Below, one piece after another: positions 12,861 to 23,619 of a DNA stretch of 64,000 nt. The notes under the pieces are model-generated. The model was not told the origin of the DNA, ran no database searches, and was given only the letters and a program-made list of their open reading frames with translations. The translations under genes were made by a program, and so were the position numbers. Within the stretch, counting starts at the first letter, position 1; each line of letters starts with the position of its first letter. Origin of the DNA: Ginglymostoma cirratum (lineage: Eukaryota); contig JAHRHZ010000016.1 in NCBI GenBank assembly GCA_024137785.1, positions 33,817,339 through 33,881,338 on the forward strand, in the 5' to 3' direction.

Positions 12861-12995
12861 AAAAACCGAAAAAACTATGAATGCTGTAAATCAGGAACAA
12901 AAACAGAAGTTGCTGGGAAAGTTTAGCAGGTCTGGCAGCATCTGTGAAGAAAAATCAAAGTTAACGTTTCGTGTCCGGTGACCATTCCTTGGAAG
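12861..12995 (-). mobile_element. Short Penelope-derived repeat with degenerate hammerhead
   Basis: Minus strand CCAAGGAATGGTCACCGGACACGAAACGTT followed by CAGATGCTGCCAGACCTGCT. Confidence 0.6.
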
Positions 12996-13044
12996 AAAAT
13001 GTGTGTAGAAAATGTTGGAAATCATTTGAGGGAATATGAGCTTA

Positions 13045-13770
13045 GTTAGCTGGGCCAGCATTTAATGCACAAATCCAATTGGTCTTGAAGAGGTAGTGGT
13101 GAGCTGCCTTCTTGAACTACTGTAATTCATTGGTTTAGATACAAACATAATGCTACCAGCGAGTAAGTTCCAGGATTTTGTCCCTGTGGCACTGAAGAAA
13201 CAGCAGTATATTTTTTAGTAAGGATGGTGAATGCCTTGGAGGAGAATTTTGGTGGTGTTCCCATGTATCCGCCACTTTTGTCCTTCTAGATTGTAAAATA
13301 GTTGTGGATTTGGAAGGTTCTGTGATGAAGAACCTTAGTGAATTTCTGCAGTGCATCTTCTAAGTGGTACACACTGCTGTGTCTGAGTGTCAGTGATGAA
13401 GGGTGTGAATGTTTGTAGATGTGATGGTAGTCAAGTGAGCTGCTTTGTCTTGGATTGTGTCAAGCATCTTCAGTGTCATTGGAGCTGCACTCATCCAGGC
13501 AAGCGGAGAGTATTCCATCACATTCCTGAGTTGTACCTTGAAGACTGTTAGCAGGCTTTTGAGAGTCTGAGGTGAGATATTCACTGCTGGATTCCTATCC
13601 TCTGACATGCTCTTGTAGCCACAGTATTTATATGGCTAGTTCAGTTCAATTTCTGGTCAATGCAAACCTTCATGGTGTTGATAGTGGAGGGTTTAATGCC
13701 ATTGTATGTCAAGGGATAATGATAAGATTCTCTCGTTGGAGATAGTGATTGCCTAACATTTGCTCAATAT
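13045..13770 (-). mobile_element. CR1-clade LINE 3' fragment (same family as 23940-25080)
   Basis: MEYSPLAWMSAAPMTLKMLDTIQDKAAHL peptide; shared 3' UTR. Confidence 0.8.
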
Positions 13771-13779
13771 GTTGTAAAG

Positions 13780-14770
13780 GGAATAAGGCACCACAACTCT
13801 CCGGCAGGGACGCTGAGGAGCAAAGGAAATATGTCCACTTCCCAAAGAAGTAGCAGAGAAGGCCACACCACGAGACACTGGCAGACTGGTCCGAGGCCAC
13901 CACCTTGGTCAGTGCAGTCCGTGATCTTCTCTGTTCACTCACATAAGTGACATATTCTTCTCTCTGTGATGTCACATTCTATCTCTGCTTCTGCACCTAC
14001 CTCTAACATTCTTACTATTGCTCACTCTGTGCCTCTCAACCTCCTACACACCAACCCTGCATAGCCTCTACATTGCCTACTCACTCCTCAGAACATCTCA
14101 TTCCCATTCCCCTACCACACAAGCATTAACAGCCATGCCGCCCACTTTCACTTCACTCAAGTCTCCCTTTCTCTCATTCCAGGAGAGCTGAGTCCACAGT
14201 AGGGCAGATGGAGGGTTGGCTGACATTAGACCCCTCAGCCTTTAGGAATGAAAAGAGAATTTTGGCCCTTGCATTCAAAGATCAGGACTGTTCCTGCAGA
14301 GATGCTTAAATATCCACGTACCACCAACTGAATAAGTCCACTCTTCATTCCACTGCAACTCTCACAGTAATTTCAATCATTGCACAGCAGTTCTAAACAT
14401 TGGATGCGATGTTTCTCTCCTGTGTCTTGCAAGTACAGCTGGGACATCCCGTGGTGAAAGGGCTGAGTCTACCAGAAGCTACTTCCTCGACCTCTGAGAG
14501 TGCGAGTACTGAGATCTCAGAGGAAGCGTCAGCAAGGCTACATCCTGTAACACATACCAGCCCAGATACTTACACCTCATTAGCTTTAGAAAGTATGGGA
14601 GCACAGTCTGGTGAACACCTAACTGCAACAGCTTTGCAGGTGGCAGAGAAAGAAATGTCGCAGGCTGCTTGCATTTAGAGGACTGCAGGAGCCCAGAAAC
14701 CTGCTCAGCCCCAGGTAGGTGAGGACCCAGTAGTATTAACAGTTAGGGACTTGAACCACATACACAGGGA
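13780..14770 (+). mobile_element. Probable PIF/Harbinger transposon remnant (spliced Myb/SANT-like gene)
   Basis: RRPHHETLADWSEATTLVSAV; after acceptor CATTCCAG| (14182) ...DGGLADIRPLS; then a Ser/Glu-rich segment; stops present. Assignment from recall. Confidence 0.45.
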
Positions 14771-16344
14771 CAGACAGGAGTGACAGACAGTTATGTGAAA
14801 TGCAATGGCCCTCATTGCTCAGAACCTGCAATATATCTTTTTTATTTTTCTGTGGTTTTGATTGGGAATGAAATGGCAAGAGAACTGGCTTCAAAACCAA
14901 TGATTGTGGAAGGATTTCTATATTTTTTCAAAGCAAGTTACTTGATAGTCATTGTAAGTGTATTTAAACAGCTCTAGGTTCAAGCAGTGGGGAATGCCTA
15001 ATCATAGACCAGCTGGAGCCAGGGAACTGTATGAATGGAGCTTCGGCCAGCAAAAAGTAGCTGAGTGATCTGTGGAATAGTGTCCAATTATTGATGTCAA
15101 AGGCTTCCTGCCTATTAACAATTATGATTGGCTCCCAGTAGCTGAACACTTTGGGGTTTGGATGTTCAGGGCAAAACTCATCATCCATCCAGAAGGGAAG
15201 CACCTTATACTTGAAGATAGCTCATTTATTTCCCATCACCAGTTGCTGTGAGCAATGACTTATAAAGGTCTCTGACTGTTAATTAAAAGTGTGGTAAGTT
15301 ACCCTGTGCCTCCTGCAAACAAGTGAAATACCTGTTCAAAACAGCAGCATTCTAGCTACCCTACTGGCAGGAACCACTGAATTGTCTTCCTCATCTTTCC
15401 TTCTGGCAATAACACTCATTTTTTTTGTATCTCCAGTATATGCTTGTGTGTGAAGAGGGTAAATTTTACAAAGACATTAGAGTTTTAATTAGCAGAGCTT
15501 CACAATTATGTACCTTCATCTGGAGTCTATTTATTTGAATACATAGTAATTCCTGTAAAGTACAGAGATTTGGTCCTTGCTTTCTGTCAACCTAGACCTA
15601 AAACAAAGGCAAATGGAGAAATTCTGCATGCCTTTAAAAATGCTTGCCAAGCAGGGAGTCAATGCATTTGAATTATCGAGGATGAGGAACCCTGCTGATT
15701 GACCTATGTCCTATATACTGCATGGGCCTGTGGGTAATGCTGACAGTCATAATGGTTTACCTCCAGCTAGAATCTATTTATTTATCTGTGAGTCCTGAAG
15801 CACGCTCCTTCACAGGTTGAGACACTTATCTTGCCAACTCCACATTTGTTTGCACATGTGTTCTTTCTCATTGCGAAATAGTCACTTCTATGTCTGTAGC
15901 TCTAAAACAAGTTTTGCAAGTGCATTCACAGGCATACAAACCAATCCAGTGTGAAAAGTATATTATGCCTTAACAGAAACGTTTTAAAAGTGAGATAAAC
16001 TTACAACCAAGTGACTTATCGTTTAGATATTACTGTGCATCAAAAAATGGATGAGTGCTATAAATACAAGTTTATAGTTCCCACGTTTATGGTCTTAAAA
16101 GAATGCCTGGGGGATGAATTTTCAGGAAGAAGCCCACAGCCATTTCCACCAGAAGGATGATAGAAGCTCGCAGATGTTAAATCGAGGCCTGAGCCATACT
16201 CTCTCTGCACAGCTTTTCCAGATCTGTTCCAGCCTAATCACCGGTTCCTAAAGGGACTGGCAGCAGCTGCTGTCAAACTAAAAGTAATTAATGCCAGATC
16301 TAGCCTTGCCATCTTCCCCCCTTCCCAACATTCCCAAAGGACCA

Positions 16345-17200
16345 AAGTGGACATGTATGTGTGGAACCGCAAGAGATGGGCAAGATCCTCAATGAATACT
16401 TCTCCTCTGTGTTTACCGTAGAAAAGACATGGAGACTTGGGAACTTGGGGAAGTTAGTGGTGATATCTTGGGGACAGTCCATATCACAGTACATGAGGTG
16501 CTGGAAGTATTAGAATGTACGAAAGTGGATAAATCTCCTGGTCCTGACCAGATATATCCAAGAACCCTGCAAGAGGCTAGGGAAGAAATTTCAGGGGCTC
16601 TGACTGATATATTTGCATCATGGTTAGCCACGGGTGAAGTCCTGAAAGACTTGAGGGTAGCAAATGTTGTGCCCTTATTCAAGAAGGGTTGCAAAGAAAA
16701 ACCTGGGAAAAATAGACCAGTAAGCTTAACATCTGTGGGTAGATAAGTTACTTGAGAATATTCTGAGGGATAAGATCTACATGCATTTGGAAAGACAGGG
16801 TTTGATTAGGAATAATCAGCATGGCTTTGTGTGTGGGAGATTGTGCCTCACAAATTTATTAGAGTTATTTGTTGAAGTGACCAGGAAAGTTGATGAGGGC
16901 GTGGCAGTAGACATAGTTGATATGGATTTTAGTAAGGCAACATGGAATACAGGGAGAGGGAATACTGGAAGAATGCTTGTCTCTCTGGAGGCCTGTGATT
17001 GGTGATGTGCCTCAGGGATCGATGCTGGGCCCATTGCTGTTTGTTATCTATTTCAATGATTTGGATGAAAACGTACAGAGGCATGATTGGTAAGTTTGTA
17101 GATGACACTAAAATAGGCGGTATCGTGGACAGTGAGGAAGGTTATCAGAAATAGCAGCAGGATCTTGATCAGCTGGAGAAGAGGGCTGAGAAAATGGCAA
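16345..17200 (+). mobile_element. CR1 LINE RT fragment (HER1-like)
   Basis: [48 protein letters not shown]. Confidence 0.9.
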
Positions 17201-17209
17201 ACGCAGGGT

Positions 17210-17237
17210 CTGAAGAAGGGTCTAGGCCCGAAACGTC
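17210..17237 (+). ncRNA. Minimal type-I hammerhead ribozyme motif in a Penelope-derived short repeat (17201-17337)
   Basis: CTGAAGA-A-GGGT-CTAG-GCCC-GAAAC-GTC: both catalytic boxes, a 4-bp stem II, palindromic ACGT stem III and a GUC cleavage triplet. Confidence 0.7.
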
Positions 17238-18659
17238 AGCCTTCCTGCTCCTCTGATGCTGCTTGGCCTGCTGTGTTCGTCCAGCTCTACAACTTGTTAT
17301 CTCAGATTCTCCAGCATCTGCAGTTCCTACTATTTCCGAACTGCACTGTTGGCAGTAAGTTTGTCTACTGATGAAGTGGTCCCTGAATGAATTCATTTAC
17401 TCCCAGGGTCTGTGTATATTCCCTGTTTTGTCTGCATTATAACATCTGATTTTAAATTCAGTTGAGAACATACAGAACTGTATCATCAACAATGTGTAGT
17501 TTCTTTGGAGAATGCAAATTTCTTGTTATTGTTATTGCAGTATTTACCATTTTCATTTGTATTAAACATCTATGCATGATCTTGGAAGTCCTGTTAGGTA
17601 TAGTATTGAATTATTCTTAATAGAATTATAATGGAATAACAAAGAAATCAAAGAATATGTGCATTTCGACAGCACTTTTCAATCTCAGCATATTACAAAG
17701 CACTGTCGAATTGTCTATGTTATTAGAGTACTGTGATATATGCCTCTAACAATTGAGACTTGGATAAATTTGCATTTTCTTCCCCCAAGGACTATACTGA
17801 TCTAAAAGGACTACTGTGATCCTCTGATAAGCCCAGGAAACCCATATTATATGGCTGCAAAGAATTATTTTTAATCAAGAAGTTCTGAAACTCAATGAGG
17901 CATCAAGAAATTGGCATCTATTGCTTTACTCACACTTGCATGATAAATTCACATAGGAAGAGATGAATGATTGTCTACAACTACCCAGCTCAGAACTAAA
18001 TGATGACACAGACATTAAATCAGCAAGGGAATAGTATGTCAACAGTAGTCTTTGGGCTGCAAAGCTGAGAGAAGTCAAGATAGATTAATAAAAGAGGACA
18101 TCAAGAGCTCTTTTCTCCCTCTCTCAATCTCAAAAACCAACTTGGAAAAACCACTCACCAAGTTATCTGCATGCTACATGTCCCTCAAGGAAGCAGGAGA
18201 ACAGCTGAACTGTTGACACTTAGGTTTCACTCTCAGCTCAAGAACTCTAAAACTTTTAAAATGCAACTGCTTCTGTGTTCCTCTCTATGCAGACATTTCC
18301 CTACATCATCTTTTTTATTAAGCTTATTACGTGTATTATATGTTATATTATCTTCTTTTTCCTCAGGTTAAATAGGAAATAAAACTGCGCTCTTGTTCAC
18401 TCAAGGGAACCTTGAAATTGGTTCTCCTTCATTCTTGATCTGAATAACCAAGTTTTATCGGTGTGCCAGTTACAAAATAGAAATATTTGTTGCAACTGAT
18501 GAAGACAGAGTTGAAAAGAGGTAGGCAAATTGCCCTGTTTAGCTAGTCAAAACAACACAACTTGTTTGTCATATACTCAAATACATTGGTTAAAATTGTA
18601 CTCTATGTAACAACCACAAAAGCGTGATGGATTATGTCAGTTGGATGTAAGCAAAAGTT

Positions 18660-18980
18660 CTGTACTTTATTTTCAAAAATATGCTTGATTCGTAAATTAT
18701 CCATTAGTAAATACAAGTACAAAACAGGTCTGTGCAGGCTTTTTGGAAAGTACAGTGGAATTTTGACATTCCTAAGCAGAACTTCAATCCAGTTGTAACA
18801 AAAAGGCATTTCCCTAATCATGAAAGGAAACTACTTACTTCCCATTGAGGCTACAAGGCCTTAAGAGACCCTCAGATCCTCATTATATTTTGATGGAGAG
18901 ATCTTACACTGTGGTCTTTCCCACAAAACCTAACAGCAGCTGCCCAAAGCTTTAGTGCGTCCCTCAGCACATAGTGCCTG
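18660..18980 (-). mobile_element. Second, shorter L1/Tx1 3' end
   Basis: GTGGTCTTTCCCA...AGTGCGTCCCTCAGCACATAG shared with 21500-21565. Confidence 0.65.
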
Positions 18981-19374
18981 TCTGCAGTACTCAGTCGAGG
19001 TCAATTCTTTGACTAACAAATTCTCTACAAGTCTCATTTTCCAATACAATTCGTCCAATTGAAAAAGCTGGGAAAGCTTCATCCTATTTGAGGGTATGAT
19101 GAATGATTATGAATGAGGAAAGTCCCTCCCTTTAGCATTCAGTTCCACTGTTTTCATTTTACTGCTCCTAGTCATTGAGCTTTGGATCTTTTTGTTGGAA
19201 GAATATCTCGATCAGTCATAAATTTACCTTTCTCTGATTTCAACCTGTAACAACCTGTCTTGCACTTAGTTTAATTTGAAAGAATATTAGGCACCCCTTT
19301 CCTCACCTCTGCAGTCGTACTCATGATCTACAAGTTTTTAGATGTTTCTAGTTCTTCTATCTCATTGACCAGTG

Positions 19375-20950
19375 TTGGATACAGAGGGTGGTCGTAGAAG
19401 GTTGCTTTTTGGATTGCAGGCCTGTGACTTGAGGTGTGACACAAGGATCGGTGCAGGATCCACTGCTTTTTGTCATTTATACAAATGATTTGGATGTGAA
19501 TATGGGAGTTTTGGTAAGTAAGTTTGCAAATGACACCAAAACAGATGGTGTAGTGGACAGTGAAGAAGATCATCTGAGTACAACAGAATGTTGATCAGAT
19601 GGGCCAATGGGCCAAGGAATGGCAGATGGACCTTAATTTAGATAAATGCGAGGTTTTGCATTTTGGTAAGGCAAACCAGGACAGGATTTACACAGTTAAT
19701 GGTAGGGCCTAGGGAGTGTTGCCAAACAAAAAGACCTAGGGGTGCAGACGCATAGTTCCTTGAAAGTGGAGTCACAGGCACGATGGTGAAGAAGGCATTA
19801 GGCACGCTTGCCTTCAGATTAGAATAGAATATCCTTTATTTAAATAAGTTCAGTGAAAAGTTTTTACAATGGCTGCCTCTAATGGCGCCAAAAACTGAGG
19901 TACAAACCTTCGATACAAAGGGGAATAAAAGGAAAAGTAGTAGCATTACTTAGTGTCTAAAAAATAAGTTAGAAACAAAATAGTTATAACATAGTTAAAG
20001 GATTGACATTAAGTCTGGTAAAGAATTTCACATAGACGTTACGTTTCAGCACCTCAGTGAGTGCCCGCACCCTGGCTGCCCCCGCCAGGCCCCAGTCCAA
20101 TAATTGTCCCACTCTGCTCCAAGCCTTCAGTCCACTCCACGCTGGGACTCAGCTGCACCAAGGTACGTTGCACTGCTCCAGGACCCGCTTCCTGTCACGC
20201 TGTTCGAGGACTTCTAAAAAGAGAGAAAAAGAAAGAAAAAGAACAGGTAGAGCAGAGGAGCTCTGGGTGGAGCATCCTACTCTGCTGCCATCTTGCCAGA
20301 AGTGGGCGAACATTGAGTATCGGAGTTAGGATATCACTGCTACGGCTATACAGGACATTGGTTAGGCCATTTTTAGAACACTGTACAATTCTGTTCGCCT
20401 TTCTATAGGAAGGATTTTGTTAAACTTGAGATGGTGCAGAAAATATATACAAGGATGTTGCAGAGACTGAAGGGTTTGAGCTATAGGGAGAGGCTGAATA
20501 GGCTGGGGCTTAATTTTCCCCCTGGAGCATTGGAGGCTGTCGGGTGACCTAGAAGTTTATAAAATAATGAGGGGCATGGATAAGCTAAATAGCCAAAGTC
20601 TTTTCATAGAGTTGGGGAGTCCAAAACTAGAGGGCATAGGTTTAGGGGAGAAGGACCAAAGGGCAGCTTTTTCATACAGAGGTCATGTGTGTATGGAATG
20701 AGCTGCCAGAGGAAGTGGTGGAGACAGGTACAATTGCAATATTTAAAAGGCATCAGGATGGGTACTTGAGTAGGAGGGGTTCAGAGGGATATGGGTCAAA
20801 TGCTGGCAAATGGGACTAGAGATAACAAGGTGTGGAGCTGGATGAACACAGCAGGCCAAGCAGCATCATAGGAGCAGGAAAGCTTGACATTTCGGGACTA
20901 GATTTACTTAAGGTATCTTGTCGGCATGGACGAGTTGGACTAACGCTGTA
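19375..20950 (+). mobile_element. CR1 LINE 3' portion interrupted by two insertions (19817-20303 and 20821-20902)
   Basis: KFANDTK, CEVLHFG, RTLVRPFLEHC peptides; CR1 3' UTR resumes after each insert. Confidence 0.88.
19817..20303 (-). mobile_element. Unclassified ~490-bp non-coding retroposon-like insertion
   Basis: Cleanly splits a CR1; minus strand begins ACTTCTGGCAAGATGGCAG and ends AATAAAGGATATTCTATTCTAATC. Confidence 0.55.
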
Positions 20951-21249
20951 TGAGTTAAGTCGAACAAAGAATATCTCTGTTTAAAAGTCATTAGAACGTG
21001 AATAATCCAACCAGTAATTATTGTAAATATATCTAGCAAAATAGCTGTGAAATGGGACAAACGTATACTAATCTCATTAAGTGGTTATTCTGGATGAACA
21101 ATCAGGGAGCTGGAGCCCAACTGAAAGGCACTGACCTAAACCAGGTTCAAGGTATCACAATGCAAAGACAGTTAGGTAATGACTGATCATTCAGACAGGC
21201 AGAAAACAGAGTTGATGTAATGTTCATTTTCCAGCCAGTAAAATAAAGG

Positions 21250-22430
21250 TTGTTTTTTTTTTCATTTCAAAAATATACTTTATTCATAAATATATCTTTA
21301 TATACACACAGGCACCTAAACAGTTCAGTTCTGTACAGACTTAGCATATTGCAAACAAACATTGGAGTCTGACTTTCCCGAAAGTTCCAACAACGAAAAT
21401 TTTTTTACTTATTAACATATTATTTGCATATATTTGAGGCACTGGGAGGGTCTTCTAACTAAACAGACACCCTTTTTTTTTGGCAGAAAGCCCTCAGACA
21501 GTGGTCTTTCCCAACTGCTTCTTGGCAGCAGCTACCCAAGCTACAGTGCGTCCCTCAGCACATAGCCCTGGACTTTGGAATATGCCAGTCTGCAACATTC
21601 AGTCAAAGTCAACTCCTTGCTCTGGAAGGCTAAGAAGTTTCAGACCAACCAAAGAGCATCTTTCACTAAGTTGACGGTCCTTTGGGCGCAGCCAATGTTT
21701 GTCTCTCTGTGGTCTGGGGAACAGACTGTAGAGCAAAGAGTCCTGCTTTGGAGCTGCTCAGGATGAACCTCGACAAAAACCACTGCATCTTTCTCGAGAC
21801 TTCTTTTGCAAAGGCACATTCCAGAAAGACATGTGTGACAGTCTCTACCCCCTCACAGCTGCTTCAAGGACAGCGTGCAATAGCGCAGAGAGTCCAGGTT
21901 GAAGAAGGAAGTAAGCATTAACCTTTAAAGAGACATTAACTTACTGGTAATGGAGAGAGATCAACAACACAAAGGACTTTTAAATTGAACTTCACACAAT
22001 CAAGGTGAAACATCCGTCGAAACAACGAATCCCGTCCTGACAACAATGGAAGTGCTAGCCGTCACCGCTTCGCAAGGTGCCAGAAACAGATTAACGAACT
22101 GAGTACACGACTTGTGGCGGGGGGAAGGTTGGCACGTGGCAACGAATGTATATCATCTTTGAAATCGTTTGTAAGAGCTGAGAAGTTTGGTGAGGCCCCT
22201 TTGAGGTCCCTGCTTCTCCCAAAAGCTTTTGTTAATAAAACTGTGTCTGATTCACTGCAGAATTGTACGTGGTAATATTTTACCTGCAACAAGGTTACAT
22301 GAAGGATCTCACCACCAGCCAAGCGATGTCTTGGTGCTCATTACCTCAACACCAGAATGTTGCATTCTGCCTCAGGAAACAGGATCCACCCAATCCTTTT
22401 CCCGCAGGGTCTTGAGTACAAAGATTAGTA
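21250..22430 (-). mobile_element. L1/Tx1-clade LINE 3' fragment
   Basis: ARCP*SSCEGVETVTHVFLECAFAKEV zinc knuckle; KDALW..TECCRLAYSKVQGYVLRDAL..GKTTV*; AATAAA and poly(A) near 21253-21285. Confidence 0.8.
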
Positions 22431-22839
22431 AGGTACTAAGCTTTCATTATCGTGAAGAAAATGATAGACCTCAATCAATAGACAAGACACCAAGTCAACT
22501 GGAGGGTAAGGACTGGCCATGTGAATATGACTGCTGATCTCTGCTCTTTGCTTTGCATCACAATTTTTGTGCTCATTTTCAAAAACTTAAAATTTATGAA
22601 GGTTATGAAAACAGTGTCAAACCCATATTGTTTTGCAGCTAATCTGACTTGGAAGACACTTTTCATTAGCTGTCCCAATTTAGCCTGTAATTGTAATTGA
22701 CCAAAGTCTTCCAATTGAATTAAAGCAAGCACCATATCTTTGCAGTCAATTACAAACCATTATAACGTAGAAAACAGCAGCCACACAGCAGTGATCCACA
22801 AAAGCAATGTGATACTGATCGGATAATCTGCTTACAGTA

Positions 22840-22935
22840 ATAGAAATTGCTGGAGAAATTCAGCAGGTCTGGCAGTATTTATGGACAGAAATCAGAGTCA
22901 ATGTTTTGAGTCCAATGACCCTTCTTCATAACTAC
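22840..22935 (-). mobile_element. Short Penelope-derived repeat with degenerate hammerhead
   Basis: Minus strand ATGAAGA-A-GGGTC-ATTG-GACTC-AAAAC-ATT-GACTC. Confidence 0.55.
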
Positions 22936-23619
22936 TCAGAATCAGTGCTTTTTTTAAAAATCTGTTTTACAGTGTTGACTGAGGGATAAGCATTGCCCAG
23001 AACACCAGGGAGAATTTTCACATTTCATTGAAATTGTGCTACAGAATAATTTGAATTTTGGAATGGTTGTATCATTCAGGCCATTCTGCTCATTATGCCC
23101 ATGCCAACTGTGAAAACAGCTCAGCTAATCACATACCCTTTTTTGCTCACAGGCATTAATTTTTTTTCAGGTAACTTAGACAAAGACACCCAAGCTGTAT
23201 GCTCTGTAATTCTCATTCTACATCAGGATTTATTTCCAAATCACTACTTTAAGGCACTCCTAAAATACTGCCTCTTGTGATGCCGTGATTGTGTCCTTAC
23301 CTCTGAACCAGACAGCCTGGGTTCAAATACCAGAGGTGTATTATGTTATGTCTGAACAGTTTGATTAAAAACCCACTACTTTGATCAAGTAGTCACACAG
23401 AATGCCTGGATATATTAACGCACTCATCCCACAAATAGCATGCAATGAAATATATAATTGTTCTGTGTGTGTGTATATTATATATAAAATTGTTCATTTC
23501 TATGAAATAAATGAGAATGCACCTTAATTTACAAATGCTTCAAAAGTATTTTAATTGTAAAAAAGCTTTACATATGCAACCCAATTAGATAGCGTCCATA
23601 ATAAAAATGCTTCCTCACA

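Noticed and set aside
17665-17710. Inverted repeat TTCGACAG...CTGTCGAA
   Set aside because: Short and imperfect, inside a decayed repeat tail; compatible with chance.
17730-18560. Possible solo LTR
   Set aside because: LTR-like composition and an AATAAA, but no confident termini, target duplication or second copy.
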